NCBI GenBank assembly: GCA_009602725.1
Contig: WELB01000029.1
Coordinates: 50,326 to 114,325, forward strand
Direction: 5' to 3'
Length of the DNA stretch: 64,000 bases
DNA from: Spirogloea muscicola
Taxonomy: Eukaryota
This document shows, piece by piece, positions 26,404 through 39,022 of the stretch. The first letter of the stretch is position 1. Each line of letters begins with the position of its first letter. The notes under the pieces were generated by a model. It was not told the origin of the DNA, ran no database searches, and saw nothing but the letters and a program-made list of their open reading frames with translations. A program made the position numbers and the translations under genes.

Positions 26404-27164
26404 GGCTGTGGCCCTGGCCGCGCGCGGCGTCACAACCGAGTGAACCTCGATGTGCTGCTGGGATCAGACAGCCAAAGGGACCCCAACGAGCAAGGTCAGC
26501 AAGTGGCCAGCCTCTCCTTTGGGGCATCGCCAATACTTGTGGGCTACGGCCACCTGAGGGCTGCTGTGGGTTATCATTGAAATGCGAGCCGCCCGAAAGA
26601 GCTGCCACGATCTCCACAGGGCCACGGCAAGGATCCGTGCGGTCGGGGCGGCGCAAGACCGACGGGGAGCACCTCGAGTGGCAGCCGGCCACAGGCGGTG
26701 CGGCCGATGCTGCGGGCGGAGCTGCCGGGCCACTGGCAGAGCGGGCGGCGGCCCGCGGAGCCTGCGCTCCGGACAATGCGGCCTGGCGACGGCGTCAGGC
26801 GCGGCCGCGATCGCAGCGCGCGCGGGGCGGTCGCGNGGGGGCGGCGGCGGGCGCGGCGGGGCTGGCGAGGGGTGGCGGCGACATGCGGACGGGGCTGGAG
26901 TTGGGGCACGGAAGTGATCACGCCGCGGGGGGCCCCCCAGGGGGGGAGGCCTGGGGATCCATTTGCTCGACCTCCTCCGGCTGTTGGGAGCCCGCCAGGT
27001 TGCGGGCTTCCGGCGCCTGCCACGCGTCGGCACAAGGCGCGCGCACCCGGCGCCACGCTGGCGCCTTCGCATCTTTCGAAGGCCTGCCGCGTGGCAGGCG
27101 CGGGGGCTCTCGCTCGGGGTGCCTCGTTACCAGCTGACTCGGTATTACAGTTACAGAATTTGAG

Positions 27165-27650
27165 CTCGTCCTAAAGGGGCGGGGGCTGTGAAAAGCTCAG
27201 CCCAGAGAAAATGAACAAGGTCCAGAAGGCGCCGAAACCACACAGCTATGCAGACTACAGCGAGTCTACAGCGGTTGGGAACTTCGTAACCCCGAGCCAG
27301 CTGCCGCAAGGCGGAGTGACTTGCAGCTGAAACAGAGGCAACCCGACGAGACCCAGAAGCAGCAGCCATAGCGCGGCCTGCTTGCAAGTGCCCTGCATGA
27401 GCCTGGGTTTGTTAGCAGGATAAGCTACATAAGAATGACCATGAAGTTGGCGCAAGAGCTTTGGAAGAGCTTCTTGCTCAGTAATGCCTTTCAGCGCTTT
27501 CTGGCCTCTTCGGACCTTGTTGGGCTGGCTGTTCACAGCCCTCGGCCCCTGTGGGAGAGACACTTTCTTTTGGCCCCTTTGGGACCTTGTCAAACAAAAA
27601 ATCGGCCTCACAGCCCGCGGCACCTTTTGGAGAGCCACTTCTTCGTCAGG
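27165..27650. mobile_element. Truncated CRE-like LINE 3' fragments upstream of SPP
   Basis: Minus copy 27165-27420 (LRQLARGY plus 3' UTR hairpin). Plus-strand termini at 27510-27570 and 27600-27645. Confidence 0.75.
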
Positions 27651-28270
27651 GACAACTTTGAAAGAGTCAACGAGCCCACACAAAGCAGGACATGATACTC
27701 AACACATTCTGTAGCTACTGGAGATTAGCTACTCAGTCAACAAGTATTCAGCAGCCGCCTGATGTAGCCCACAGAGCCTTTGCATTTACGGCTGCTACAA
27801 CAGGCAGTGCGCCCCTTGCCCTCTTTTATGCGACAATTATGCAGCTCCAATTTAAACAGATGCTCGTCCTCTTCCTCTTCTTTTTCACCCTGAACAGGCA
27901 TATACATATCGCACTTCGATTTTTGAAAATTCGGCAACTCATCTGGGCTGGCCCTTCACAGCCTCATCCAGAAGATCGGCATCAAGCTGGCCATCACCGC
28001 CACCGCACTCCACGTCGTCATTGGGGTCTAGCAATGAAAAGAATGAGAGGATACAAAGTAGCTCAATTAAAGAATGAAGGGGCATCTGAGGTACGTCGAG
28101 CTGGTCTGGCAGCATGCAATATGTTACATTACAAACGAGAGAATGATGCAGCGCCTGGTCTCCTCAGGGCCTGCCAGCCCACCTGCGCCTGCCCGTGGGC
28201 TGCCAGGCACCAGCCCGAGTCCAAAAAACAGCTCGCACAGCGCTAAAGTGAGACAGTTATCCGCTGTACA

Positions 28271-31200
28271 TTAGAAATTGTCATGGATCTCCTCCAACAC
28301 GGCGCTGGTTTTGCGCAACAGCGACTTGACAGTCAAGTGATTGCTGCCTCGTGGACACTCGTGCAGCTTACAGGCCCTCAGCTTTTTGAGGCCAGCCTGC
28401 ACAAGGGCTATGGCCTCCTGCACAGCCTCGCCCCCATCTGGAGTGTTCTCCTTCTCGACTTTGTGTCTTTCTTTGCTGGCGGGCTCCCTTTGTGGCAGGA
28501 GCGTGCTCTGTTGGAGCTGTCTTGGCCTTTGTTGTGGCCGCGAGGACTGCCTTGAAACAGCTACCTGATTGTTCAGCAGGTTGGACAGCTCCTCTGCTTC
28601 ATTTCGAAGAAGAACCATTTCTGAATTGCTGCTGGTGTCGTATGTCTCTGTACAATCAGTGACATCAACGGTCAATTCACAACTGCAAATTGCTGACCAA
28701 GATAAATGCTGAGACGAATAGCTGTTGGACCAATGGTAATCACAATCATATGAATGCAGGGTTTAAGCATGTCCTGATAAAGCAGATCCAGCATAGCCTC
28801 TCAAGTACAATGTAGGGCTTGCTGCAGCAAGCGTGCCTGAATAGCACATGCACAAATCAGCCTCGAACAGTGTCTTAAACCTGCTGCACGCACAGCACCA
28901 CACGTGTTACCTGTTGCTGTCTTGTGAATCAGCTGCTTGCAAGCACCGGTGAACACATCTTCCTCATCTTCCAGGTGTTCAGCAGTGACTCGGTGCAGGT
29001 GACAGGCCGTTGCCCCATTGGGTACCAATTGTTGGGGATCTGCAACTGCAGAGCTTTCTACATACCTACAGAAGAATCCAAGACCTGCCCAGAAATCCAG
29101 CTTGGGGTCACATACTGGCTGGCAGCTGCTTCTTTCTTGCTGCTATTTATACACTTCAAACTGACAAGAGCGTTGCCACGCCATGAAGAGCCTGACCAGC
29201 TTACGTTTGCTGTACCTTCACAAGGGTGAGTATATTGATGAGACAGACCACCACAAGCACCATACGATGCCTCACAAGCACTCACTCGTGAAAGCAAAAG
29301 CCCAGTGTGGATGCTGCAGAAGGCTGTGGCAGAGGCCCTGGGCAAGGCCTTCGTTGACCTTCAGAGCCCCACTGCCAAGACTTGGCAGGAGTTCTGCAAT
29401 TGCTGCATAGAGCTCTGCCGGTAGCCTTTCATGCTCTGCCTGGATCAGCATAAAAGGAGTCAGGTCGCCAGAGATGCAACACTTTGAACTCTTGCAGCAA
29501 CCAACTAGATCCGCTTCCAGCCTGTGGCCCTTGCCAGCTTGTAAGCCTGCTGCTGATGAGCAAATACCATTGCAATGCCAGAGGCAGCAGAAATTGAGCT
29601 TGCAAGCTGAAAGAATGGGTGAAGGGGTGTACCCTGACAGAAGCCAGAACTGATAAAACTGCACTTGGCGTTACATACTCAGGCACGTGCCTATTTGAGC
29701 AGGGGCTTAAGTTAGTCATGTCGTGAGATGCGTAAACTTTTCTTTACTGAGACGCCATCTCTTAAGATTGTTTCAATGCAACTTCAAGCACAGTAGCAGA
29801 TTCGTGAGGAGGGGATTGAGCCTGACTACCTCATGATGAGCAAGGCAAGCGGGAGGAGTGAAGCGCGCAAGTTGCGATGTTGCACACTGGCTAAGGCGAC
29901 GCTCTCAGCAAGCTGGGCAGCAGCGTCCAGGTCATTACCACTTATGTTTCGTTGGGCACAGTCTCTGTAGGCATGTTTTGGCAAGGGGCACACAGCCTGA
30001 TTTCTGCAGTCAGTGACCGTTTGAAGATCTGCAGCACTTGTGGCGAGCCAGAAGGTGTCTGTTGGCAGGACTGCTAAGTCATAGTAGTGGGCTCCAAAGA
30101 AGGTGTGCAGTGAATACTCATGGCTCACTTCTTTTGTTCTTGTGAAGAACGAAACTCACCGGTGCTGCAGCAATGAATGTATCACAACAAGGCCATGATG
30201 CAGGGCAGCAATGTCCTCATCACATAGCCTGCCAGGCTGAAACCTCTCAGCTGACATGCTCGTGCAGAGGCGTAACAGCTGGGAGAGTGCATCTGCTTTG
30301 GTCTCTTCCTGTTGGATACCACAGGGAACAAGCTGATTCCATCAGTGGCAACCTCACTAAACAATTGAGTAGTAATGGTATAAGATAAAACATCCCAGCA
30401 GTACACGAAAGTTAGCAGCAGAGTTGCACTGGTTTCTGGCAGAGCTTGAGATGACCTGCAGCTTGTTGATAGGAAAGCCTTGCTCCAGCAAAAGTGCTGC
30501 AGGAGCCAGCGAAGTGGTAAGGAGCTCATAAGCGGAACCAAAGAGGGCATGATAAACATGGTCGGCAAGGTAAGATGGTGCAGTCCTCAGCAGGCTGGAG
30601 ATCAGCCTGGCCAGCTGCAAGGCAGCTGCTTTCTGCCGAGAGTAATCACGACTAGTGCCTGCAGATGCCACCACAAGATTCTGGAGGAAGGACAGCAGCA
30701 CAGACACATATCCCTTGGCTGCCCTTTGCTCACAGCAGCTAAGTAAGACTGGGTACAGATCGCTAGCAAGCTGCGCTCTTGCTGGATGAGGATGCACCGC
30801 AGACGTGAATAGGAAGGACTCAAATAGCCTCCAGCCGCGGCTAACAACCATGGCATCGGTCTTGCTGTTCTTCCTGCAGCCGAGGACTGCCATGAATGCT
30901 GACAGGCCTTGAACAAGACACATGTATACGAGCTGGTTGTCCACATCATTCTCGCTCTTGGTTCGCCCAAGAAGTATCCAGGGGCTGCTCTGGACAGCCA
31001 GTAAGCTATCATGGGCGCCAGGACCTGCCAGCTCCTTGGCCAACCAGGTGAGGAGATCACTGAGTGCCAAGAGAGTGTCGCCTGAGAATGCTGCTGATCC
31101 CTTGAGGATGGCCGAAATGACCACGATTCTGGAAGCATGCAGCACTGGTCGCTGTTCTACTGTGCTAAGACCAAAGCTGCCATTGTTGCCTGCAGCGTCA

Positions 31201-33060
31201 CTGTCCTGAGGTTTTGGACCTGCCCTGCAGATGCCGTCCATGATGGTCTGCTTTCCACTACTGCTGACTTGCGGTGCTGCCATGAGGCTGTGCAGAAGGC
31301 GGAAGAGGGTAGATGTAACCAATTCTGCGAGCACAGTTGTGGCGTGCACCGAGAGTGACTGGGAGCAGCCCCCATTATGCAGGAGCAGGGCAGCAAGCTC
31401 AACTGCCAAGGCCGCCAAGGCCTCTCCGCAACGGGCTGCCGCACTTTGGTGAAAGACAAGGCTGATCCTTACAACATTCAGGAGGTAGAAGCGGCTTGGT
31501 GTGAACAGCCTGCGAAATTCGGCCTCCTCCAGAATACTGCCAGAGTGTGCCTGCAAGAGCGCATTCCTCAATGACTGGACTAGCAGTCCGACCAAGCTCT
31601 GGATGACCTTCGCGCCGTCCACCACCTCGTCAATTTCCTCTCTGGCAGGCCGCCACTGGATAATGGTGACAACGGCCTTCCAAGAATCACTCAAGATTGC
31701 TCCAGCATGCCCCTTGTTTCCTGCAAGGCAGCCCAAAGCCACCAGCGCCTCGATACAGGCCTTGACCAAGCCGTACCGCCAGCGTCCGTCTGAATCTTGA
31801 GCATCGCCTGCAGATATCGCCGGCTTTTTGTCAATGGCAGCCTATTCAATATCTGCTGGTCTTTCATTCACGCAAAGGATATGTCTCAGCAATGATCCAA
31901 CAAGTTCAGATACTGCAGCAGCCTATTCTCTATCTGCTGTTATCTCATTTACGCAAAGGATATGTCTTAGCATCTATCCAGCACGGATGCAGATACTGCA
32001 GAGACATAGGTCTAGACTTCAGCTCTTTAACGGCGACGGATGTCCGCCGAGAGCAGCAGAGCCAAGCTGCCAAGCTGGCAGAAGGACTCACCAGCTGGGC
32101 CTCGCTCGGGGTCAACGTCATCAATTGAATCGTTTTGCCAGATATTCACGACAATATCGGCCGCTTTTGACAGCAGATCTTGCGCAGCCTTGAAGACGGC
32201 ATGCTGATCTTGGTGCTGAGACTCCTACATGGCCACCGAGCGAGCCTTGGGGCGTAAGGCAACCTTGCTGTGCCTCGCAGCTCTCAGGAGCACGACTTTG
32301 ACTCGAGCACGACCAACCAACAATGCCGCGCAAACGGTCGCACACCTTCAGAATTCGTATCTACGGGGGTGCGCGCGAAAACAATGATCTTTCGTTGCCA
32401 GCAGAGACGAGCTCGATCGAGCGCGACCTGTTCAAACCTGCTGTGCCGCGTAGACAGAGCCGACCAGGTGGAAGGCGTGGACCAGCTGGTCGAGCAGCCG
32501 CCGGCAGGGCCGCAGGTCCGGAAGCTGCAGGAGCTCTGCCAGGGCGTCCTGGAGCTGCTGAGTGAGGGCCATGGCAAGCCGCAAGAGCGGTGCCAGGGCC
32601 CCACGAGCTGTAGCGCCTCAAAGGCTCACATGAGCGACTGTGCTGGCAAGGGCGCGCGGGGAGCGGCGGAGTCCTCGTGCAGGCGACGGAGAGCCCGGCG
32701 GGGGCCACGCAGGCGCTGCGCCGCGAACGCCTGCACGGCTGCGGTCGCGGCGGCTGCAACGGCGGCGGTCGCCAGGGCGCGCGGAGGTGGGGCTGGAGCG
32801 GCGCCAGGAATGCGGCTGCTGGTATTGGAAGAGCGGCTGTGAAAGCGGCGCCAGGAGGAGGAGGTCGGGGTTCGAATTCCGGCTTAGGCGCCAACCCAGC
32901 CCGCGCTCCCGGATTCCTGAACGCTCTCCGGCCTGCCCAGGGCTCACCGCGGCCCCCGGCGGCGGCGGGCCAGGCGCCGCGACCGGCGGCGGCGGCGGCG
33001 GCGGCGGCTCACGGCTGCTGGACGTGCCTGCGAGACGACAGCCCCAGGCCTCGTCTCCAT
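28271..33060 (-). CDS. Probable FLIP/FIRRM (C1orf112, DUF4487)-like alpha-helical protein, multi-exon; 5' end uncertain
   Basis: The 470-aa exon has ILSDSWKAVVTII, EFRRLFTPSRFYLLNVVRIS and HPHPARAQLASDLY. Later exons have LLQHPHWAF and EAIALVQAGLKKL. These resemble plant FIGL1-interacting protein motifs as I recall them; no search was run. Stop at 28271-28273. Confidence 0.6.
31837..31998. repeat. 81-bp diverged tandem duplication in an intron
   Basis: The unit gcagcctattc...acgcaaaggatatgtc...cagatactgca starts at 31837 and again at 31918. Confidence 0.85.
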
Positions 33061-34339
33061 GCCCGCGCCCTCGCCCTCCGCCTCCGCACTCCTCCGCCCA
33101 ATCCGTGGCTCCTCCGCACGCTTCGCCTCGCCTTTGCGGGACGCGGCGGCGGCCTGCGCTGCCCTCCTCTGCGCCTACACGCTTTCGCAGCCGCCGCCAC
33201 CGCCGCCCGCGCTCTCTGCCCTCAGCGGGGGCTTCTGCGGCCTGCCGGCCAGGCCAGAGCGGGCCAGGTCGGCTGCGGCCAGTTGCCCGCACGGCTCTCG
33301 CCCTCCCTGATCACTGACGAAGCTGACCGTGAAATCTTGCCTCGTCGCAGCACCTATGGGAATCCCACTCTGGTCGACTGCTGCGCTGCTCCTCATGCTC
33401 CTGCCGAAGCAGAGGTGCTTGTTGCAAGTCGGCACAGGCACTGCCCCTCTCATGCCTGGACCATTCAGGCATGCCGTAGGCCAGCGAAACTGTGGCTTGC
33501 TCGACCTTTTGCGGCGTGAGTGGCCAGACAGGAAACCTATTGCTCCCCCCTCAGAGCGACAAGTGAGGCAGCCACTGTGTGTTTACTCGCCATAATCGCC
33601 GGCAGCAACATACATGCAGGAGGATGTCAACCATGGTGTGGCAATGAAGAGGGCCTTGCCCTTTACTGTCCTTTTCATCAACACTTGCAGCTGCAGTTGC
33701 CACCACCATTGGTGCTCAACCGTTGCAGTTGGTATGCGAGTCTGACAAGCACACAAGAAACCATAATACCATTAGTGCAGCATAATGCATGACTTTGAGG
33801 TAAGATCAGAAACAGGTCAGTGGAGATGAGCCACAATCCACCCTAAGGACATGAACTCGCCTCCAACATTAATATTGCCCAGGCTTCAACTTCCAGCTGC
33901 ACAAGAGCTCCCTTGAGAAGTGGAGCAGCTCAAGCAGCTACTCGGACATACAGATCAGCACACCTCGGTCAGGCTACAATTTGGGCTCAGGAACTTAGTT
34001 TGTGTATCACAAAAGTTGGCGAGCCTGCTCAAGCGCACTCTTCTTGTGGACACGGGCAGCGACTTGGGCCCAGGTATGGACGTAGCTCGCAGCCCAAAGA
34101 AGCATCAATGATCCAGCCACATGCAAGCAATACATGCTCGGGAGTAAGTTGACCTGCGCATCTCCAGAGCTTTGCTATTCCTGTGCCTCCCCGGCTCTTT
34201 TGCATTCTGCTGATTGCGTCAGCTGTTCAACCATCTAGTTCAAGCAAGTTCGTTCATCCAACAAAGAGATGGATCAGAAGCACATATATCACATTCTTAA
34301 TTAGTATCTCTCCTTCCGACCCTTTCATACTTTCTACAT

Positions 34340-35050
34340 TCCTTTGGGCTAGCCTCTCATAGCCATTGCCATAATGGAAGAGCTGTTTCCTGTACAAAGG
34401 GCTTCCTAAAAGGTTCTCGGTAGGATTATTACTTAGTAACTTCTAATGGAGGAAGGAATGTACAAGGACCAGAAATAACGGACAGGGTCTTTCAAGGCCC
34501 GGAAAGCGGATGAGAGAGGGAAATAGCTCTTCCAATTTATAGGCAATGGCTGTGAGAGGCCAGCCCAATGGAAGTGGCTCTTCTTAAAAGGAACAGCTCT
34601 CCAATTCAAGGCAGTGGCCACGAAAGGCCACCCCAAAAGGAATGAACAAGGTCCAAAGAGCCGAAAGGCGCCAGAAGCACACAGTCATGCAAGAGACCAC
34701 AGCGGATGTGAGTCAATATTCCGAGTCAGCAGCTGCAAGTCGGAGTAATTTGCAGCTTATTGCAAGTTACTCCTGATAAAGAGGCACCCCGACCAGACCC
34801 AGAAGCAGCAGCCATGGCACAGCCTGTCCGCAAGTGCACTGCGTGAGCCTGGGACCGTTGGAAGATATGGACAGCCGCATATGGAACACCTGCGCAAGCG
34901 ACCCGGCGACGTTGAAGCCGGGCAGCTCACCTTGCTGTCCCTGCCGACGTTCAATGGCCTACCGTGCAAGCCGCTGCAGAGAGAAGGCACGCGGTGCGCA
35001 TAAAATGAAAGCGAGGCCAATTCAAGCCAACACATTGTTCAGGCAAAAGG
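34340..35050. mobile_element. Cluster of CRE-like LINE 3' fragments
   Basis: Hairpin termini at 34346 (+), 34515-34660 (-, several) and 34980 (-). A degenerate C-terminal coding piece lies at 34720-34975 (-). Confidence 0.75.
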
Positions 35051-35112
35051 CGCAGAAAGTGCAAAGACTGCAGTGCAAAGACTGTGGCTACATGAAATAA
35101 ACCCCTATACTA

Positions 35113-35405
35113 GGAGGGCCGGAGGTTGCCACAGAGCGGGGGTAGCCGTGCTGACGGGGGCCATATCGACTCGACCTGTACCGCTTCTGGAGCTGCTAGA
35201 GGAGTAGGAAGAAGCAGCAGTGGCAGGCGGGATGGCGGGTGGGGGAAGGAGGGCCGGAGGTGCCACAGAGCGGGGGGAGCCGTGCTGACGAGGCCATGTC
35301 GACTCGACCTGCACCGCTTCTCAGCTGCTAGAACTAGTACATGCGGAACCAAGCAGCTACGAAACACTCAGTAACCCCTGAAAGGCGGGCCGGAGGTGCC
35401 ACAGT
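35113..35405. repeat. Diverged direct repeats of an ~85-bp unit, with a third partial copy
   Basis: gggccggagg(t)tgccacagagcggggg...tcgactcgacctg.accgcttct...gctgctaga at ~35113 and ~35248. Partial copy at ~35387. Confidence 0.75.
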
Positions 35406-35683
35406 GCTGCAGAAGGTCCGGCCATTGACTGCCGAATGCCCCGCGCACGTCTATGGCCAGCGCCCCAAAGGGGGCGACGTAAGGCGAAGGAATCTGGACA
35501 GGCCCAAAGGGCGGGCAGCTTCGTCGGTTGCACGCGGAAAGTGCACACAGGAAAGAGGAGGATTCTTGCAGCAGTGGGCAAAGGCTGTGATTGGCCAGCC
35601 CAGGAAGCAGCAGGGCACGGTGGATGCGCCGGGCGGGAAGGCGCCCGCCCGGGCTTGTGCCGCGCACGCCGCTCTCCTTCTCC

Positions 35684-36635
35684 AAGGGGATGCTCGAGGC
35701 CAGGCTCGGCTCCTATCTGTATCGTCTCTGGGAGCGTCTGAGTGGCTCCGCGCTTTGCCTTTGCATGCGGGCTTGCGGATGGAAAATGCTTTGTTTTGCG
35801 ATGCTATGCGCCGCCGTCTTGGCTTACCATCCCTGTGCTTGGCAGGGGTGACCCAATGTGAATGTGGGCTTATTGAGCATGATGCAGTGCTCATGGGTGA
35901 CCACATGCTCAGGTGTGCCAAAGGCAGTGAGCGCACGGGCTCCCACAACCTCCTACGTGACGCCATGTATGGCATCGTCAAGGAGGCGGGATATCAAGTG
36001 GCGTTGGAGAGCACCGGGGTGATGCCCGTCCAGCTCCGCAACGGGGTCCCTCGGACGCGGCGTGTCGATCTGGTCGGCGTCCCCCTGGGAGGTGGCAAGC
36101 GGCTTCTCATGGACGTCGTCCTAACCGACAGCTTCCGGACGAAGGGCCCCGTAACTTCTGAGACCGGCTATGCCGTGAAGGTGGCCGAACAGAAGAAGTT
36201 GCACAAGTACAAGGACCACCCGGCGGGTGATACCTTTTACCCGCTGGCCATGGACATCCATGGGTGTTACGGGGGTCGGTGGTCCTCGTTACTTTCGCTG
36301 CTGGCATCTCAAGCTGACCAGCGGCGCCGGGAACAGGGTGCAGCCCTTCCCGGTGGCTCGGTGCCTTTGGGTCTTGTGTCCTGCTACCGTATGCGTTTGT
36401 CTATGTCGCTACAGCGTTCCCAAGCGCTTGCTTTGCATCGCCGCGCTGGTCGTGCCCTTGCAGCAGCCTCTGGCTTGCGCAGCGGGGTTGCTCTTCCTCC
36501 CCTCAGCTCATCTGACTTCCTACTGCTGACACGGGGTTACTAAGAGCGCCCTGGCTGTCTAGCCTGTGGCTCCGTCATGAACACCTGTATGCATCTGGCT
36601 GGCTTTCACAGCCGCTCTTTTAATATCAGCAGCCG
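35684..36635 (+). mobile_element. 5'-truncated CRE-clade LINE with open RLE-coding C-terminus and 3' UTR
   Basis: ARLLSVSSLGASEWL, CECG...HMLRC (CCHC knuckle), RTGSHNLLRD, RRVDL...MDVVLTD...AEQKKLHKY...FYPLAMDIHG (PD-(D/E)xK-type RLE), LLTRGY* at 36543. Flanked by near-duplicate cttctcc (35677-35683) and cttcccc (36636-36642). Confidence 0.88.
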
Positions 36636-37968
36636 CTTCCCCGCCACTTGGCCAGAGCTGCACTACGCCAGAGAACACCGACCCCCGCCAAACCCACCCG
36701 CGCTGCTTCCAGCCTCGTTGCGCGCGGTCCGGCCAGGCCCGCCGCTTCAAGCCCCAGCCTCCGTCTGCCGGAACGTCCGATGACCCCTCCACAGCCTCTG
36801 CAGGCAGTGGCTGCTGCCCACGTGCCCCTGCGACTCGCCTTCCTTAGTGCTCCTTCTCCATGGGGCTCTGGCAGCAGGTTGCTATCCCTTCCTGTCGAGC
36901 ATCACGGTGCAGCGCCACTTCTCTTGCCAGTCCGCCGTTGCATTACGTCCCTGTGACTCTCTGGTTTGACGGTATTTTGTCTAGGCTCGGGACCGCAACT
37001 GGCAATGGGAATGTACCACAAGCTCGCCTTCTGAGCTGGCACGGTGTGCTTGCTCATTCCAGGCCCTGCAGACGCCGGGCCAAATGCAGAAGCGAAGCCA
37101 TCCACATTGAAGTAAGGAGGTGTCCTCAGCTCTTTGCCTGCCTGCTTTCGCACGCACAGCACGCTGCCGGCCCTGGTGCTGATCGTGCTCGGCATCAGAC
37201 TAGCCCCAGACTCTGCAACACTGGAGCTTGATTATAGACCTTAAGAGCAGGGCCGATGTTTCAGCTCCTCAATACGACACGACGAAGATTTACCCGTGAC
37301 ATGTACTCCACAGGTTGAGCCTGACTCACATTGACGAATCTCATTCGCCTGTTCGGAGAGAGTGGCCCAGCAAAGAGGACGCATTCAGGTTCCAGCACCA
37401 CAGCGACAAGGTCAGTGTTTATGACTAGCTTGTGTATACCATTGCTGTCTATTCACGTCAGTGTACATGTGATCTGGCATCCTTGCTTGCCTGCAGCCCA
37501 TGCCGATAATTTTCAAGCCTTGCAATGCTGGACATGAGTGACCTCTCTGTAATGATTACAGATACTGTAGTATCAGCTGCTCGTTCTGTGAGAGCATTTG
37601 AGTTGGCTGCTTATGCAGTTGTCCATTTTCATTGTCGTGGGCTTTGTTGCCATGCATATTGCATCAAAAATGGATGCAGTGACTGGACCCTTTCGCTTAC
37701 TCAAGCTACTGCAAACTCGGCAGGCAAGATCGGAGAGATTGTACCACCAGATCACACGCAAAGAGCCAAGAAGACATCCGGGAAAGAGTACGCAGACATT
37801 GAAGAAGCCAAAGCTTGTGCCAGGGGCGCACAGCACGACATCCACGGCATCATCCGAAGGCAGCGGCTGCGCAGGCAACTCAACTTAGCTATCAAGCTTA
37901 CAATACTACAGTCCACTCAGGATACAGCGTTGGATTTGGGAATTACTTTGCAGACTTCGGCCTTGGCT

Positions 37969-39022
37969 ACCCATCCCAACCACAGATCCTTATTGCAGAC
38001 ACTGGCAGCGACTTACTGTGGACTCAGGTCTAATCAGCACATATGACATTGCAGCAGTCTTCAGTACTCATCCATACAGCATCGCTTGCCACACAGTTGC
38101 AACATGCAACTTGAGGAAAGATACAGTGGACCTGACAATGCTTGCATCATATCACCCTGAAGCAACCCAGTGCAATTGGTGGTGTGCACGTGCTTACATG
38201 CTTCGCACTCTTCTGCTGCTGCAGTGCTTGCCTTGCTCCAGCTGCTACTTTCAAAGCGGACCCATCTTCAATCCCACTCACTCCTCAACCTTCTCTGTCA
38301 TCAACTGCAACACTCTCGCTTGCCTATATGCTGAGGACCAGAATGGGTATGACAATTGCTACTTCTCAGGAGGCACAGCGGACTGCGAGTACTCCTACGG
38401 GTACACCTCTGTGAACTTGGAGACACTATGTCTTGTATTCTTGCGGTGTTCTCGGCGTGCCTCGTTCAGCCTTGTTGTGTGATATTGGATGTCAACCCAT
38501 CCCAACCACAGATCCTTATTGCAGACACTGGCAGCGACTTACTGTGGACTCAGGTCTAATCAGCACATATGACATTGCAGCAGTCTTCAGTACTCATCCA
38601 TACAGCATCGCTTGCCACACAGTTGCAACATGCAACTTGAGGAAAGATACAGTGGACCTGACAATGCTTGCATCATATCGCCCTGAAGTAACCCAGTGCA
38701 ATTGGTGGTGTGCACGTGCTTACTTGCTTTGCACTCTCCTGCTGCTGCAGTGCTTGCCTTGCTCCAGCTGCTACTTTCAAAGTGGACCCATCTTCGATCC
38801 CACTCACTCGTCAACCTTCTCTGTCATCAACTGCAACACTCTCGCTTGCCTATATGCTGAGGACCAGGCTGGGTATGACAATTGCTACCTCTCAGGAGGC
38901 ACAGCCGACTGCAGAGTGCTCCTACGGGTACACCTCTGTGAACTTGGAGACACTATGTCTTGTACATTGTTGCGGTGTTCTCGGCGTGCCTCGTTCAGCC
39001 TTGTTGTGTGATACTGGATGTC
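37969..39022 (+). repeat. 526-bp tandem duplication of the DTGS exon end and the Cys-rich exon
   Basis: acccatcccaaccacagatcc... begins at 37969 and 38495; both units end in ggatgtc. Confidence 0.9.

Noticed and set aside
26464..27174. Multiple overlapping 110-200 aa Arg/Ala/Pro-rich ORFs (likewise 32618-33519 and 16-640)
   Set aside because: Stop-poor GC-rich sequence with no recognisable domains.
33900..34150. Minus-strand ASYVHTWAQVAARV, resembling the LINE's AAHLGSWAQVAASV, or a small gene divergent from the FLIP-like gene
   Set aside because: Too short and degenerate to support either call.
35341..35683. N-terminal part of the 400-aa ORF 35341-36543 as a novel fusion protein
   Set aside because: This part is the protease upstream region (homologous to 53018-53230) that happens to be open in frame with the inserted LINE.
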